A stretch of 64,000 nucleotides of DNA from an uncultured virus (IMG/VR IMGVR_UViG_3300046010_015841) (taxonomy: Duplodnaviria; Heunggongvirae; Uroviricota; Caudoviricetes): IMG/VR virus record IMGVR_UViG_3300046010_015841; one strand, 5' to 3'. Positions 38,084-46,850 of this stretch are shown one piece after another. How positions within the stretch are numbered: position 1 is the stretch's first letter; every line of letters starts with the position of its first letter. The notes beneath the pieces were generated by a model. It did not search any database, was not told the DNA's origin, and was given only the letters and a program-made list of their open reading frames with translations. Made by a program: the position numbers and the translations under genes.

Positions 38084-39174
38084 TTATTAAGTTTTACTTT
38101 TGCTTTTTCAGTATTAGGAACAAATTGTTTTCCTTTTTTAGAGCCAGCTACTTTCTTACGAGCAGTAGCAGCGCGTTCATCTTTAGTCAAGCGATTTGCT
38201 TTAGCGCGAGGGAGACAACGAGTAGTTGCTTTACCTTTTTTCATTGTGCCACAAGGACCTGTAATGTTGCCTTGAGTATCAATACGAACCCAATCTTCTT
38301 TTTGGAACCAATCGCGTAAGGATTCATCAATATTTCTTTTTGCAATATATTCTTCTACTTTATCTTCTTTATATCCTAATAATCGGCCTATTTCTCTAGT
38401 ATCTTCAGCTGTAGCGTTTGATGCTAGATATCCATTATATTTTTCAGCTAATGCTTTTAATTTTAATGCTTTTTCTTTAGATTCAGGTAAATAAGCGACA
38501 TATGCCTCATATGGATTTCCTTCAACACTCATTACTTTAATACCATTGTCTTTTATAACTTGTTGAACACGTTCCCAATTTTCAGGAGTATTCGATTTTT
38601 TAACTATAAAAGCAATATCACGTTTTTTATTAGCCAATGTAGTAATAGCATCAACATCAGTATATGCTTCGGATGGGTCTATATCTTCACTCATTAATCC
38701 TTTACATACTTTAACAGCGCGTCCTGATAGATATGCAGATGGTTTTTCACCAGCTGCGATGCGACGATTATAGTAAGCTCTGCCTTTAGGGCATAGCTTT
38801 TTTTCATTTAATTCAAATGGACGCTCATCAGGATAATTTTCATAATAACTATCCATTATACTAGAAGCTGTATCTTTATCTAGAATAGCGACCCAGGTAG
38901 AATTATCATCTTCTATTCCATATGCTTTAAGAAAAACTTTTTCTTGATTTTTTGATTGGTTATAAAGTAAATCTTTAACAGTTTGTAACGGTATTGAAAA
39001 TTTTACTCTTTCATCACCCCAACTATCTGGATCAACCCCTGATGGGATAATATCAAATACGAATATTACTTCATCGGGTTCACTAAAATCCCATTCATCA
39101 GCATCGCTTAAATCAATGTTGATGTTTTGATTTTCTTTTAGTACTTCTAATAGTATGTCTGTTAATTTAATCAA
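38080..39174 (-). CDS. Putative internal head polyprotein (TTG start)
   Basis: MIKLTDILLE; alternating acidic and basic modules separated by LKE, LNE, MSE and IDE. Confidence 0.55.
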   Translation of the reverse strand: MIKLTDILLEVLKENQNINIDLSDADEWDFSEPDEVIFVFDIIPSGVDPDSWGDERVKFSIPLQTVKDLLYNQSKNQEKVFLKAYGIEDDNSTWVAILDKDTASSIMDSYYENYPDERPFELNEKKLCPKGRAYYNRRIAAGEKPSAYLSGRAVKVCKGLMSEDIDPSEAYTDVDAITTLANKKRDIAFIVKKSNTPENWERVQQVIKDNGIKVMSVEGNPYEAYVAYLPESKEKALKLKALAEKYNGYLASNATAEDTREIGRLLGYKEDKVEEYIAKRNIDESLRDWFQKEDWVRIDTQGNITGPCGTMKKGKATTRCLPRAKANRLTKDERAATARKKVAGSKKGKQFVPNTEKAKVKLNK

Positions 39175-39434
39175 CGCTTATATATTTTTAAACGCAAAGG
39201 CCCCGTACCTTTTATAGCACGATGCCAAGTATGTCTCGGTATAAATATTGGTTGATTTAACGAAGTGGGCAAACTATTTTCAAGTTGTAATTGCCAATCT
39301 GTGTGTCCTATTATTTCTATTGTGCGATCTTCATCATCGCGATGCCACAACAATTCGATAGGGTCTATATTTTCATCAAATTCACGAATGATATAGAAAT
39401 CATTATTTTCTATATCGGTGTATGGATGACTCAT
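39171..39434 (-). CDS. Small cupin-like protein
   Basis: WHRDDEDR...IFIPRHTWHRAIKG. Confidence 0.6.
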   Translation of the reverse strand: MSHPYTDIENNDFYIIREFDENIDPIELLWHRDDEDRTIEIIGHTDWQLQLENSLPTSLNQPIFIPRHTWHRAIKGTGPLRLKIYKR

Positions 39435-39436
39435 AA

Positions 39437-39754
39437 CTACTTGTTTCTAATCAAAAGTTCGCCTAATACTTCCAAACGCCCAACCTCTCTTTGAAATTCA
39501 GTTTGGGTCATATCTAGCGATATTTTTTTATAAGTATCTTCAAATTCACTTTTAGCTTTTTCCATATCAAGTTTACCTTCAGCTGCTTTCTTATAGTATG
39601 GGGCTTTTACTTTAAAGTGGTGCCATGTTAATAATGATAATCCACCTTTTTCTTCAGCATTTGATGCTATTTTAGCAGCGCCTTTGCCACGGATAGTAGC
39701 AAAACTTTCAAATGTTTCTTTTACTTCAGTTAGTATATCTAGTAGTTTAATCAT
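39437..39754 (-). CDS. Putative internal head protein
   Basis: MIKLLDILTEVKE. Confidence 0.55.
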   Translation of the reverse strand: MIKLLDILTEVKETFESFATIRGKGAAKIASNAEEKGGLSLLTWHHFKVKAPYYKKAAEGKLDMEKAKSEFEDTYKKISLDMTQTEFQREVGRLEVLGELLIRNK

Positions 39755-39764
39755 ATTTTATATA

Positions 39765-40406
39765 TTACCAAAATCCTGAAAATGATGTTTTAAAACCTAA
39801 TAGTTTGGCGTAACGTGGTAGACGACAGCTCCAATATGATGCTTTTGTTCTATCTTTTTTATTTGGACAATCATGACGTTTTGAAAACGCTTGACGTGCT
39901 TTTGGATTATTTAATTTTGCACGTAACCCTGTAGTATCACCAAATGATACTTTTTTAATTTTACCTTTATCTCTAACGTAAACGTAGAATTTCTTTGAAC
40001 CACCACGCTTTGGTTTTCCAATTGGTGGTGTTTTTTTCTTTTTATCTGCTTCCTCAAGCTCTAACTCCTCATGTAATTGTACTAATTCATCAACTGAAAT
40101 TGGGTAGTCTAATGGTACTCTAACGCCGTTATAAAACGCGTATTCCCCGATATTTGACTCAAGTAATTCAGCATCATCTTCTGTCACAGACAATAAACCT
40201 TCTTCGTATAACTCGCGTGCTTCGCGAAATAAAGAAAAATAATTTTCAGATAGTGGGCGATAAATGTTATGAATTAATTGTCTACCTTCTTCAATATGAT
40301 ATTGTAAACCTTCAGATAGTGTAATTAGTGCTTGTCCTTCTTTAAGCATTAATTTAGGACCATTACACCCACAATCATCAACTTCGTAAATTAATTGTTT
40401 TTTCAT
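39765..40406 (-). CDS. Hypothetical two-domain protein (acidic N-domain, basic His/Cys C-domain)
   Basis: LEE junction, then KKFYVYV..KKVSFGD..RHDC..YWSC. Confidence 0.6.
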   Translation of the reverse strand: MKKQLIYEVDDCGCNGPKLMLKEGQALITLSEGLQYHIEEGRQLIHNIYRPLSENYFSLFREARELYEEGLLSVTEDDAELLESNIGEYAFYNGVRVPLDYPISVDELVQLHEELELEEADKKKKTPPIGKPKRGGSKKFYVYVRDKGKIKKVSFGDTTGLRAKLNNPKARQAFSKRHDCPNKKDRTKASYWSCRLPRYAKLLGFKTSFSGFW

Positions 40407-40412
40407 ACTATA

Positions 40413-40649
40413 TTATTTTGCATGCCACCAATTGCAACAATATTCGTCTGCTGGTGCCGGAATTTTAGCATCACCATCATGCCATTGAAGCCAGTATTTG
40501 TTATTACATAAATTGCCTTTTTCAACCCAATACTCACAGTTAGCACACATTGAACCACCTTTAGTTACACGCATGCCCGGTTTATGATCTGCTGGGTATT
40601 CAATTTTGCCTTCAGCAATAAGTCCTAATAATTCGCTTAATTTATGCAT
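40413..40649 (-). CDS. Small Cys-rich protein with HiPIP-like spacing
   Basis: CANC-x9-C-x22-CCNWW. Confidence 0.5.
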   Translation of the reverse strand: MHKLSELLGLIAEGKIEYPADHKPGMRVTKGGSMCANCEYWVEKGNLCNNKYWLQWHDGDAKIPAPADEYCCNWWHAK

Positions 40650-40918
40650 TATTTTTGTTTTTCAAAAAAATCAACTTTAACACGTAATGCTGCTACTTCT
40701 CTAGTAAGATCAAGTACCATTTTACGTAATTCATCTTTTTCACGAGCAGATTCAACAAGTAATGCTTCTAGTTTAGCAATTCTATCTTTGCAATCATGAC
40801 GGATAAAATCTTCGTCACGTTCTCTTTGCATTGATTTTTTTTCGTAAAAACGAAAAGCCGCGGCACTACCTAATACCGTAATTGCTGTCATCAAAACCGT
40901 ATAGATATTGTCGTTCAT
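40649..40918 (-). CDS. Single-TM coiled-coil protein (holin-like candidate)
   Basis: N-terminal hydrophobic helix followed by a coiled coil; late motif upstream. Confidence 0.5.
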   Translation of the reverse strand: MNDNIYTVLMTAITVLGSAAAFRFYEKKSMQRERDEDFIRHDCKDRIAKLEALLVESAREKDELRKMVLDLTREVAALRVKVDFFEKQK

Positions 40919-40933
40919 TTCCTAGAATTTTGA

Positions 40934-40942
40934 TATAAATAT
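40934..40942 (-). promoter_or_regulatory. Putative late promoter motif
   Basis: ATATTTATA. Confidence 0.6.
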
Positions 40943-41511
40943 TAAGAGTTTATTTTATTTTTTAATTGTTGTATACGATCCATAATTTGCTTTTTAACTT
41001 CTGCTTTATCTAACCCATTTCCCACCCAATTTTGGATAGTACCATCTTCCATTACATAAGTTCCATTAATTAAATCATCTAAAAATTGATCAATGCCATC
41101 AGTAATATTATCAGCAAAATATTGTGCATTTTTATGAATCATATTGCGTTCGTATTCTTCATATTTGCCTTCTAATTTTAATAGGCTTTCCATTTCTGTA
41201 ACACAATGTAAACACATTTGATGGATTCCATACATTTGTTTGTCAAATCTATGTTTCATTGGTTTTGAACATTTTGGGCAAAGTACAGGAGTTCCTACAG
41301 CATCGGTTTTACGTAATGTACGTTTAATACCGTTTTTAATAGTCCATGTTTTACCATTTTCTTCCCAAACATCACCTTCAACGTGATGTTCTTCTGCTTT
41401 AGTATAACCAACAGAAGTAACGGTTTTATCATGTACTTTTTTTTGCGCTAGATTTCTCATGCGCTGTAGATCTCGTTCAGTAAATTGTTTCTTTAGTGTA
41501 GTTTCTTTCAT
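40942..41511 (-). CDS. Hypothetical Zn-finger protein
   Basis: CPKC...CLHC. Confidence 0.6.
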   Translation of the reverse strand: MKETTLKKQFTERDLQRMRNLAQKKVHDKTVTSVGYTKAEEHHVEGDVWEENGKTWTIKNGIKRTLRKTDAVGTPVLCPKCSKPMKHRFDKQMYGIHQMCLHCVTEMESLLKLEGKYEEYERNMIHKNAQYFADNITDGIDQFLDDLINGTYVMEDGTIQNWVGNGLDKAEVKKQIMDRIQQLKNKINS

Positions 41512-41515
41512 AACT

Positions 41516-42724
41516 TTATTTTGTACTTAAATATCCACTTTCAATATCTTCAAACTCGTCTTCGTAATTTTTAATTAACATGATGTCTACTTTTATAGGA
41601 TTGGCAGCGTTAATTACTTCATCTTCTAATTGATCACTCAATTTATCCATAAACTTTGGATTAAAGAACAATTCAGCATCGCCTGCTTTGGCTCTCATTA
41701 CTACAGGTACACCTTCACCTTTTCGTTCAGCAGTACTAATAGCAAATGAAGCTGCAGGATAATAACGAGTGCTCCATGAAGATAATTTACGACGAGAAGA
41801 ATATTCTTGATTTGGAATTATAATAGTATCTTTAGTTTCCTCTTTATTAGGATTTTTATATAGTTTTGCTGCTTCTTCTTCACTTATAAAGGTTCCTCTA
41901 TAAATGTAAGTATCAGGTGACAATCCAGTATCTCCTATTTCTGGGTAGTCTTTTTTTAATATTCTAAATGTTTCTAAATATGGATCTAAATTTATACTGC
42001 TGTATATATTAGATTCAGAGTCAGCATATTTTTTTAAAAAATCAAATAGTTTTTCTTCAGTAGGAGTGTCTACTTCTACTTCATCTTTATACCATCCTAT
42101 TTTAACACCTGAATCTTTATCTCCAAATAAAAAATCTCCATATTCACCTTCTTTAATTAAATGCTCAAATAAATTAGGTTTTGCTTGAGCAAAGTTACGC
42201 ATAATAACAGCTGCTCTAGAATTTGCTTCATTTTCATCATCACTACCTGTTTCACCAGATGTAGGAGTTAAACGACCGTCTAAATCTTGTTTATAGTGAA
42301 CTAATTCATGAGCCAAAGTTCTAAATACATCAGCAGGATGTCTTTTAGCTATTACTATATGAATTGACTTATCACTTGGTCTATACCCACCCCAAGAGCG
42401 TAAATCAATAGCTTCTTGAGAATCATCAGATAATGTAATTTTAGGTAATTTATCTAAGTGAAGTTCATCCATTACGTGTTTCATGAACTCACTAACTAGA
42501 TCTTTATTTAAATTTTCTTCTAAATTTAACTTAGCAAGTTTTGTATAATATTTTGGATCTTCTGTAAGATGGTCTTTGGCAATGCGTCCAGCAACTTTTG
42601 GATCTTTTGTATGTTCCATTTCAACTTTAACGCCTTTTTTCCATTCTTTTTTAAGAATGTCAATGTCAACACCATGTTTATTTGCAATGTCTTGCAATGT
42701 CATTCCTTTTGATAATCCTGCCAT
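41516..42724 (-). CDS. Polyvalent protein: DUF5661-like, HExxH metallopeptidase and ADP-ribosyltransferase-like domains
   Basis: GVKVEMEHT..AKDHLTEDPKYYTKL; TLAHELVH; IYRG...SSWS...EDEV. Start moved to MAGLSKG (42724), downstream of the terminator and late motif. Confidence 0.65.
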   Translation of the reverse strand: MAGLSKGMTLQDIANKHGVDIDILKKEWKKGVKVEMEHTKDPKVAGRIAKDHLTEDPKYYTKLAKLNLEENLNKDLVSEFMKHVMDELHLDKLPKITLSDDSQEAIDLRSWGGYRPSDKSIHIVIAKRHPADVFRTLAHELVHYKQDLDGRLTPTSGETGSDDENEANSRAAVIMRNFAQAKPNLFEHLIKEGEYGDFLFGDKDSGVKIGWYKDEVEVDTPTEEKLFDFLKKYADSESNIYSSINLDPYLETFRILKKDYPEIGDTGLSPDTYIYRGTFISEEEAAKLYKNPNKEETKDTIIIPNQEYSSRRKLSSWSTRYYPAASFAISTAERKGEGVPVVMRAKAGDAELFFNPKFMDKLSDQLEDEVINAANPIKVDIMLIKNYEDEFEDIESGYLSTK

Positions 42725-42746
42725 AGTAAATATAGTATATACTACA

Positions 42747-42755
42747 TATAAATAT
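42747..42755 (-). promoter_or_regulatory. Putative late promoter motif
   Basis: ATATTTATA immediately after a terminator. Confidence 0.6.
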
Positions 42756-42785
42756 AAAAAAAAGACCTGGGATAACCCAGGTCTT
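42756..42785 (-). terminator. Intrinsic terminator
   Basis: AAGACCTGGG-TTAT-CCCAGGTCTT followed by a T tract. Confidence 0.9.
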
Positions 42786-42806
42786 AAATTAAAATAATCG
42801 ATATTT

Positions 42807-43343
42807 TTAGAATCGATATAAAATTCCAAATTTAGGTGCGTTCAATTGATTATTAACACCTGTAAATCCAATTGAAAATGTAGATGTAGAACCAACATCT
42901 GTGTAGTCAATCAAACTAGCCAATGATGTACTAAGGGCTAAGTTTTTAGATACAAAGTAGTTAGCGCCAAGACCTACGTTTGCGTTTTTAACTGACGTTT
43001 CGTTATTGCCAGCTTTAGTAGTAGTGCTTGACAAACTTAATTGAGAGTAAACGTGAAATTTACTTCCAACACTTAATACGTAACATCTTCCAAAAGCACC
43101 AACACCATTTACTTTGGTGGTTGGGTTTTTACTAAATTCACCAGAAACACCTACGGCAAATTTATCAGTTAAAAAATATCCAGCGGCTGGATTGAGAAGG
43201 TACTGTCCATCAGTACCAGTTGCTTTTAAGTAAGACACTGTTCCTTCAGCAAATTTTTCTGCTTTTTTAAACTGTGCTTTTGTTGTAAACGACACTAGCA
43301 TTAATGATAATGCGGTCACAACGAATTTTACTTGTTTTTTCAT
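42807..43343 (-). CDS. Outer-membrane beta-barrel protein with signal peptide
   Basis: MKKQVKFVVTALSLMLVSFTTKA-Q signal, alternating amphipathic strands, C-terminal GILYRF. Start moved to 43343. Confidence 0.75.
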   Translation of the reverse strand: MKKQVKFVVTALSLMLVSFTTKAQFKKAEKFAEGTVSYLKATGTDGQYLLNPAAGYFLTDKFAVGVSGEFSKNPTTKVNGVGAFGRCYVLSVGSKFHVYSQLSLSSTTTKAGNNETSVKNANVGLGANYFVSKNLALSTSLASLIDYTDVGSTSTFSIGFTGVNNQLNAPKFGILYRF

Positions 43344-43366
43344 AATTGTTTTTTTGGTTAAAAAAT

Positions 43367-43393
43367 AAAAAAGCAGAGACATAATGTCCCCGC
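43367..43393 (-). terminator. Terminator-like hairpin inside the OMP gene leader
   Basis: GCGGGGACA-TTA-TGTCTCTGC followed by T6. Confidence 0.65.
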
Positions 43394-43460
43394 TAGCGCG
43401 TTATGCATACTTGTATTATAATATGTCTGTAGCAGTATTTTTGAAATTTTTAGTTTCATG

Positions 43461-43469
43461 TATAAATAT
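43461..43469 (-). promoter_or_regulatory. Putative late promoter motif
   Basis: ATATTTATA upstream of the OMP leader. Confidence 0.6.
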
Positions 43470-43470
43470 G

Positions 43471-44253
43471 TTAAGATAGCTTTACTGAGGTGGGCAATAG
43501 CTCAGTCATGGGTTTAGAGTCAGGGTTCTCTAGTTTATATATGTCGTATATTTTAAGAAACATTTCAAAATTACGATCAATATCACCTATTGTTTTTAAT
43601 TGCCATCCTTTACCTTGAATTGCATCACCTTTACCTTCACCCCTAGTAGATGCTTTCAACCATAAAATACCTGTTTCCTCAATTGGTGTGTCATGTGTTT
43701 CATTCCATGCTTTAGCATAGGAAGCTAACTGTAAATCGTATGATGTATGGAGTGAATTTGATGTTTTAACATCCAGTAACCACACTTTACCTTTTAATTT
43801 AACAATTAAGTCGGCTGTACCAGCATACTTATGGTTGTCTGAAAATAAGTGGTATTCAGTAGCTATAAGCTCAGGTTTATGTGTATTCCAAAATTCAGAG
43901 AATTTAAGAATCATTTTCCAAACATCAAGTGAATAAATAGCACTTCCAAATTCATCAATCCATTTAATTTCCTCTCCATTTAAAAATGCTTCTACTGCGT
44001 TATGTACTTGAGTACCTTCAGCAGCAGCTCTAGAGGCAATAATATCACTATTATGTCCTACATCTTTAAGCCATGAGTGGAAGAATTGGTTTTTAGGAAA
44101 ATAATTTAAAATAGAGGAAACAGAAGGGTAATACTCTTCGTTGCGTCTATAGAATCGTTGATCCAAAACATTAATTTGTTTATTATCCGCACTATATTCT
44201 ACAATACGTTTAATTTTTGGATCCTTAATAATGTTTACATTTTTATCTATCAT
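43471..44253 (-). CDS. PD-(D/E)XK exonuclease
   Basis: YPSVSSIL, GTQVH, YAGTADL, LDVKTS, QLASYA. Confidence 0.85.
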   Translation of the reverse strand: MIDKNVNIIKDPKIKRIVEYSADNKQINVLDQRFYRRNEEYYPSVSSILNYFPKNQFFHSWLKDVGHNSDIIASRAAAEGTQVHNAVEAFLNGEEIKWIDEFGSAIYSLDVWKMILKFSEFWNTHKPELIATEYHLFSDNHKYAGTADLIVKLKGKVWLLDVKTSNSLHTSYDLQLASYAKAWNETHDTPIEETGILWLKASTRGEGKGDAIQGKGWQLKTIGDIDRNFEMFLKIYDIYKLENPDSKPMTELLPTSVKLS

Positions 44254-45203
44254 ATTAATTCTAATTTTTTACTTACAAGAGTAGAAAAAGTTAGGGGCGG
44301 AGTGGCTTCGATGTTCTCAAGGAAACGTTCGAAGCCGATTTCGTTTGCATCTTTTCCACCTAGTTCTACTAAATAAACTTCTTTACCGTATGAAAGTAGT
44401 TTTTCACAATGCTTAATTGCTTCTTTTAAAGCATCATTGTCAAGTGCAATATACACCTTTTGTACTTGGGAACCAACTATTTTTTTCATTAGTTGTTCTG
44501 AAATGTTTTTTCCAAATAACGGAATAACGTTGCGTTTAATTGTTAAAGCATCAAATATACCTTCAACAAGAATAATAGGTGTATTCCAATTAATGTAATA
44601 TTCCCAACCAATAATATTTCTATCTACTGCTGGGTTTTTATATTTTTGTGGATCGTCTGAAAGATAGGTGCGTGTGGAATAAAAGTTTAAAATACCATTT
44701 TCATTATATGATGGTATGACAATGCGTTTTGAAAAATTACCTTCAGCACAAAATCCAATGTTATATTTAATTATATCGTTTTCAGTAATACCACGTTGCT
44801 TAAGAAATTTAATGGCATGACGTGCTTCAATTTGTGAAATTTTATCTAGGCTGGGTGTGTTAGAGAGGGGAATAAATTCTTTAGGGAGAGAAATTGTATA
44901 GGATTGTTGTTCTTGTTTTTTTCCGGGTTTGATAAGGGAATTTAATTCGGCTATACGATGTGAAGGTGCCTTAATTTTTTTAAATAATGAAGAAATAGAT
45001 TTACCCTTTTCCTCACAAACCCAACAATGCCAAGGATTTTCCTTTTTTTCGTTTGTGTGAAGTTGAATTTCTAATTTAAACTTAGTATGATGGCAAAATG
45101 GGCACCTAAATGCCGCATTATTTCTTGCTGTTGAACGGCCTTTACCAAGTACCGATTCTAACAACACCATTAACATTTTTTCCCTTATTCCCTCTTCATT
45201 CAT
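44250..45203 (-). CDS. DNA primase (Zn-binding and TOPRIM domains)
   Basis: CPFC..WHCWVC, KYKNP, LVEGIFDA, ALDND, KDANE. Start is the ATG at 45203 or the TTG at 45218. Confidence 0.88.
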   Translation of the reverse strand: MNEEGIREKMLMVLLESVLGKGRSTARNNAAFRCPFCHHTKFKLEIQLHTNEKKENPWHCWVCEEKGKSISSLFKKIKAPSHRIAELNSLIKPGKKQEQQSYTISLPKEFIPLSNTPSLDKISQIEARHAIKFLKQRGITENDIIKYNIGFCAEGNFSKRIVIPSYNENGILNFYSTRTYLSDDPQKYKNPAVDRNIIGWEYYINWNTPIILVEGIFDALTIKRNVIPLFGKNISEQLMKKIVGSQVQKVYIALDNDALKEAIKHCEKLLSYGKEVYLVELGGKDANEIGFERFLENIEATPPLTFSTLVSKKLELI

Positions 45204-45231
45204 AACATTTTTTTTCAAAACCCCTGTAGGT

Positions 45232-45263
45232 TAAAGTTACGGGAAATTCTTTAGTCTACCAAA
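45232..45263 (-). promoter_or_regulatory. Bacteroidota-type -33/-7 promoter
   Basis: TTTG-N20-TAACTTTA upstream of the primase gene. Confidence 0.6.
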
Positions 45264-45679
45264 TCTTTCTTGAAAAACTTTCCTAAGATATTATCATTAT
45301 AGGAGAGACTAGGTGAAACAAGGCATTCAAACTTACATTGGTAATGCATTTCATAGTATGTAAGTTGTTTTTTAGTTTTACATGGTTTAAGTATCATACA
45401 TTCAAAATGATCCTCACCTAATACTCTAACAGCTTCAAGTAATTCTTTAGAAGAACCCCAATATGTTTTCCAGTCACTTTCAACACGGACTATTTCGGTA
45501 GTAGGTTTACGTCCTGGTCCTATTTGTTCTGCTAGTTGTTTTTTGGTTAATTTTTTCTTTTTATTAAACCAAAAATATTTTTTACCAATGTAAAATTTTC
45601 CGTCTGTTAGGTTTGTAATTTTATAAACAAAACCTAAGTAATCTTCAGGATTTAATATATCCCAATAATTCCATTTCAT
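45251..45679 (-). CDS. GIY-YIG endonuclease-like protein
   Basis: GFVYKITNLTDGKFYIGKK, YWGSS, YNDNI. Confidence 0.75.
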   Translation of the reverse strand: MKWNYWDILNPEDYLGFVYKITNLTDGKFYIGKKYFWFNKKKKLTKKQLAEQIGPGRKPTTEIVRVESDWKTYWGSSKELLEAVRVLGEDHFECMILKPCKTKKQLTYYEMHYQCKFECLVSPSLSYNDNILGKFFKKDLVD

Positions 45680-45685
45680 AACATA

Positions 45686-46036
45686 TTATTTATCATATTT
45701 AACCACAAAAGTCATATCAGTATTTTGTGATAGAGGAATTGGTTGTGCCAATTTAGCTACAGCCAATAAATCGTTTTGTTCATTATATAAACCAACTGTT
45801 GTAACATAAGGTTCAAAATAGGATGCAGTAACAAAATATTTTACTTCAGGAATAGGAGAAGTTAATGATTGACTAAAAAATCCACTTCCACTAAATAAAT
45901 TATCCTGTAATAAAGTAGGGTTGTATGACAGATTAAATTCATTATCCTTTACATGACAAATTACGTTTTGCTCATATATAACCATTTCATTTTGAAATGA
46001 TAGATTAAAACTTGGAGCTAAAGCAACTGAAGGCAT
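45686..46036 (-). CDS. Tail/baseplate protein, C-terminal half of an apparently split gene
   Basis: YVTTVGLYNEQNDLLAVAKLAQP matches the C-terminus of 52728..53750. Confidence 0.65.
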   Translation of the reverse strand: MPSVALAPSFNLSFQNEMVIYEQNVICHVKDNEFNLSYNPTLLQDNLFSGSGFFSQSLTSPIPEVKYFVTASYFEPYVTTVGLYNEQNDLLAVAKLAQPIPLSQNTDMTFVVKYDK

Positions 46037-46055
46037 AATTTAAATAATTTATATT

Positions 46056-46796
46056 TTAAGAACATTGAGGAAAAGCATAAGCTGAAACCCAATTATAGTT
46101 TGAATCAAATTGCCACAACCCACCATTTATAAAAACATAAAGAGGGCCATCATTACTTAATGGAAGATTTCCACCTGAGTCTGTATAGAGAGGACAAAAA
46201 ACTCCAAAATTTCCAAGGTTACAAAGAGACCAAAGACTTTGAGGGTTATAAGCAGCATTGTTACATGCATCAAATGCTGTTGCTCCCCAACCACATCCTA
46301 TAAATTCAGTAAAAACTAATGGTGGTGGTGATGAAGGAGTTATAGATGGTGTTCTAGTAATTGTTGGTGTTGGTGTCGGTGATTGAGAGGCACCTATAGT
46401 AGGTGATGGAGTAACAGAAAGTGTAACACTTGGAGTAACTGTTCTAGTTGGAGTAACTGTTGGTGTTAATGTTCTAGAAGGAGTTACAGTTGGAGTAACT
46501 GTGGCGCTAATACTGCGTGTTGGAGTAATTGAAGGAGTAATAGTAGGAGTTGGTGTAACTGAAAGTGATGGGGAAGGAAATGGTAATATTTCTTCATTTG
46601 CACAACCAAACGCTTCATTAGTAACTACAATAGATGATGAAGGAACACCAAGAGGAACATTTACAAGATATCCTGCCTCTAATTCAGGTCTAGTTACGTT
46701 AGAGGCATACAAGGTTTGTCCACTGCTACCTGAAAGATAGACATTAAATGGTCCTGGTGAATTTCCTTGATCATAATATATTACGTAAGTAGGCAT
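46056..46796 (-). CDS. Virion-type protein with short Thr/Pro linker and Cys-rich C-terminal module
   Basis: About 85-aa TP repeat; GCG..ACNN..C..CPLYTD..QCS. Confidence 0.6.
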   Translation of the reverse strand: MPTYVIYYDQGNSPGPFNVYLSGSSGQTLYASNVTRPELEAGYLVNVPLGVPSSSIVVTNEAFGCANEEILPFPSPSLSVTPTPTITPSITPTRSISATVTPTVTPSRTLTPTVTPTRTVTPSVTLSVTPSPTIGASQSPTPTPTITRTPSITPSSPPPLVFTEFIGCGWGATAFDACNNAAYNPQSLWSLCNLGNFGVFCPLYTDSGGNLPLSNDGPLYVFINGGLWQFDSNYNWVSAYAFPQCS

Positions 46797-46838
46797 ATTG
46801 TTTTTATATCAATGTAATGAAAAATATTGATATCTCCA

Positions 46839-46847
46839 CATAAATAT
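46839..46847 (-). promoter_or_regulatory. Putative late promoter motif
   Basis: ATATTTATG. Confidence 0.55.
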
Positions 46848-46850
46848 ATT

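Noticed and set aside
43471..44253. PD-(D/E)XK nuclease as Cas4 of a CRISPR system
   Set aside because: No Fe-S Cys cluster, no array and no other cas genes; it sits next to the primase as a typical phage exonuclease.
45251..45679. GIY-YIG gene as an intron-encoded homing endonuclease
   Set aside because: It is free-standing, short, lacks a DNA-binding extension, and has no flanking non-coding space for an intron core.
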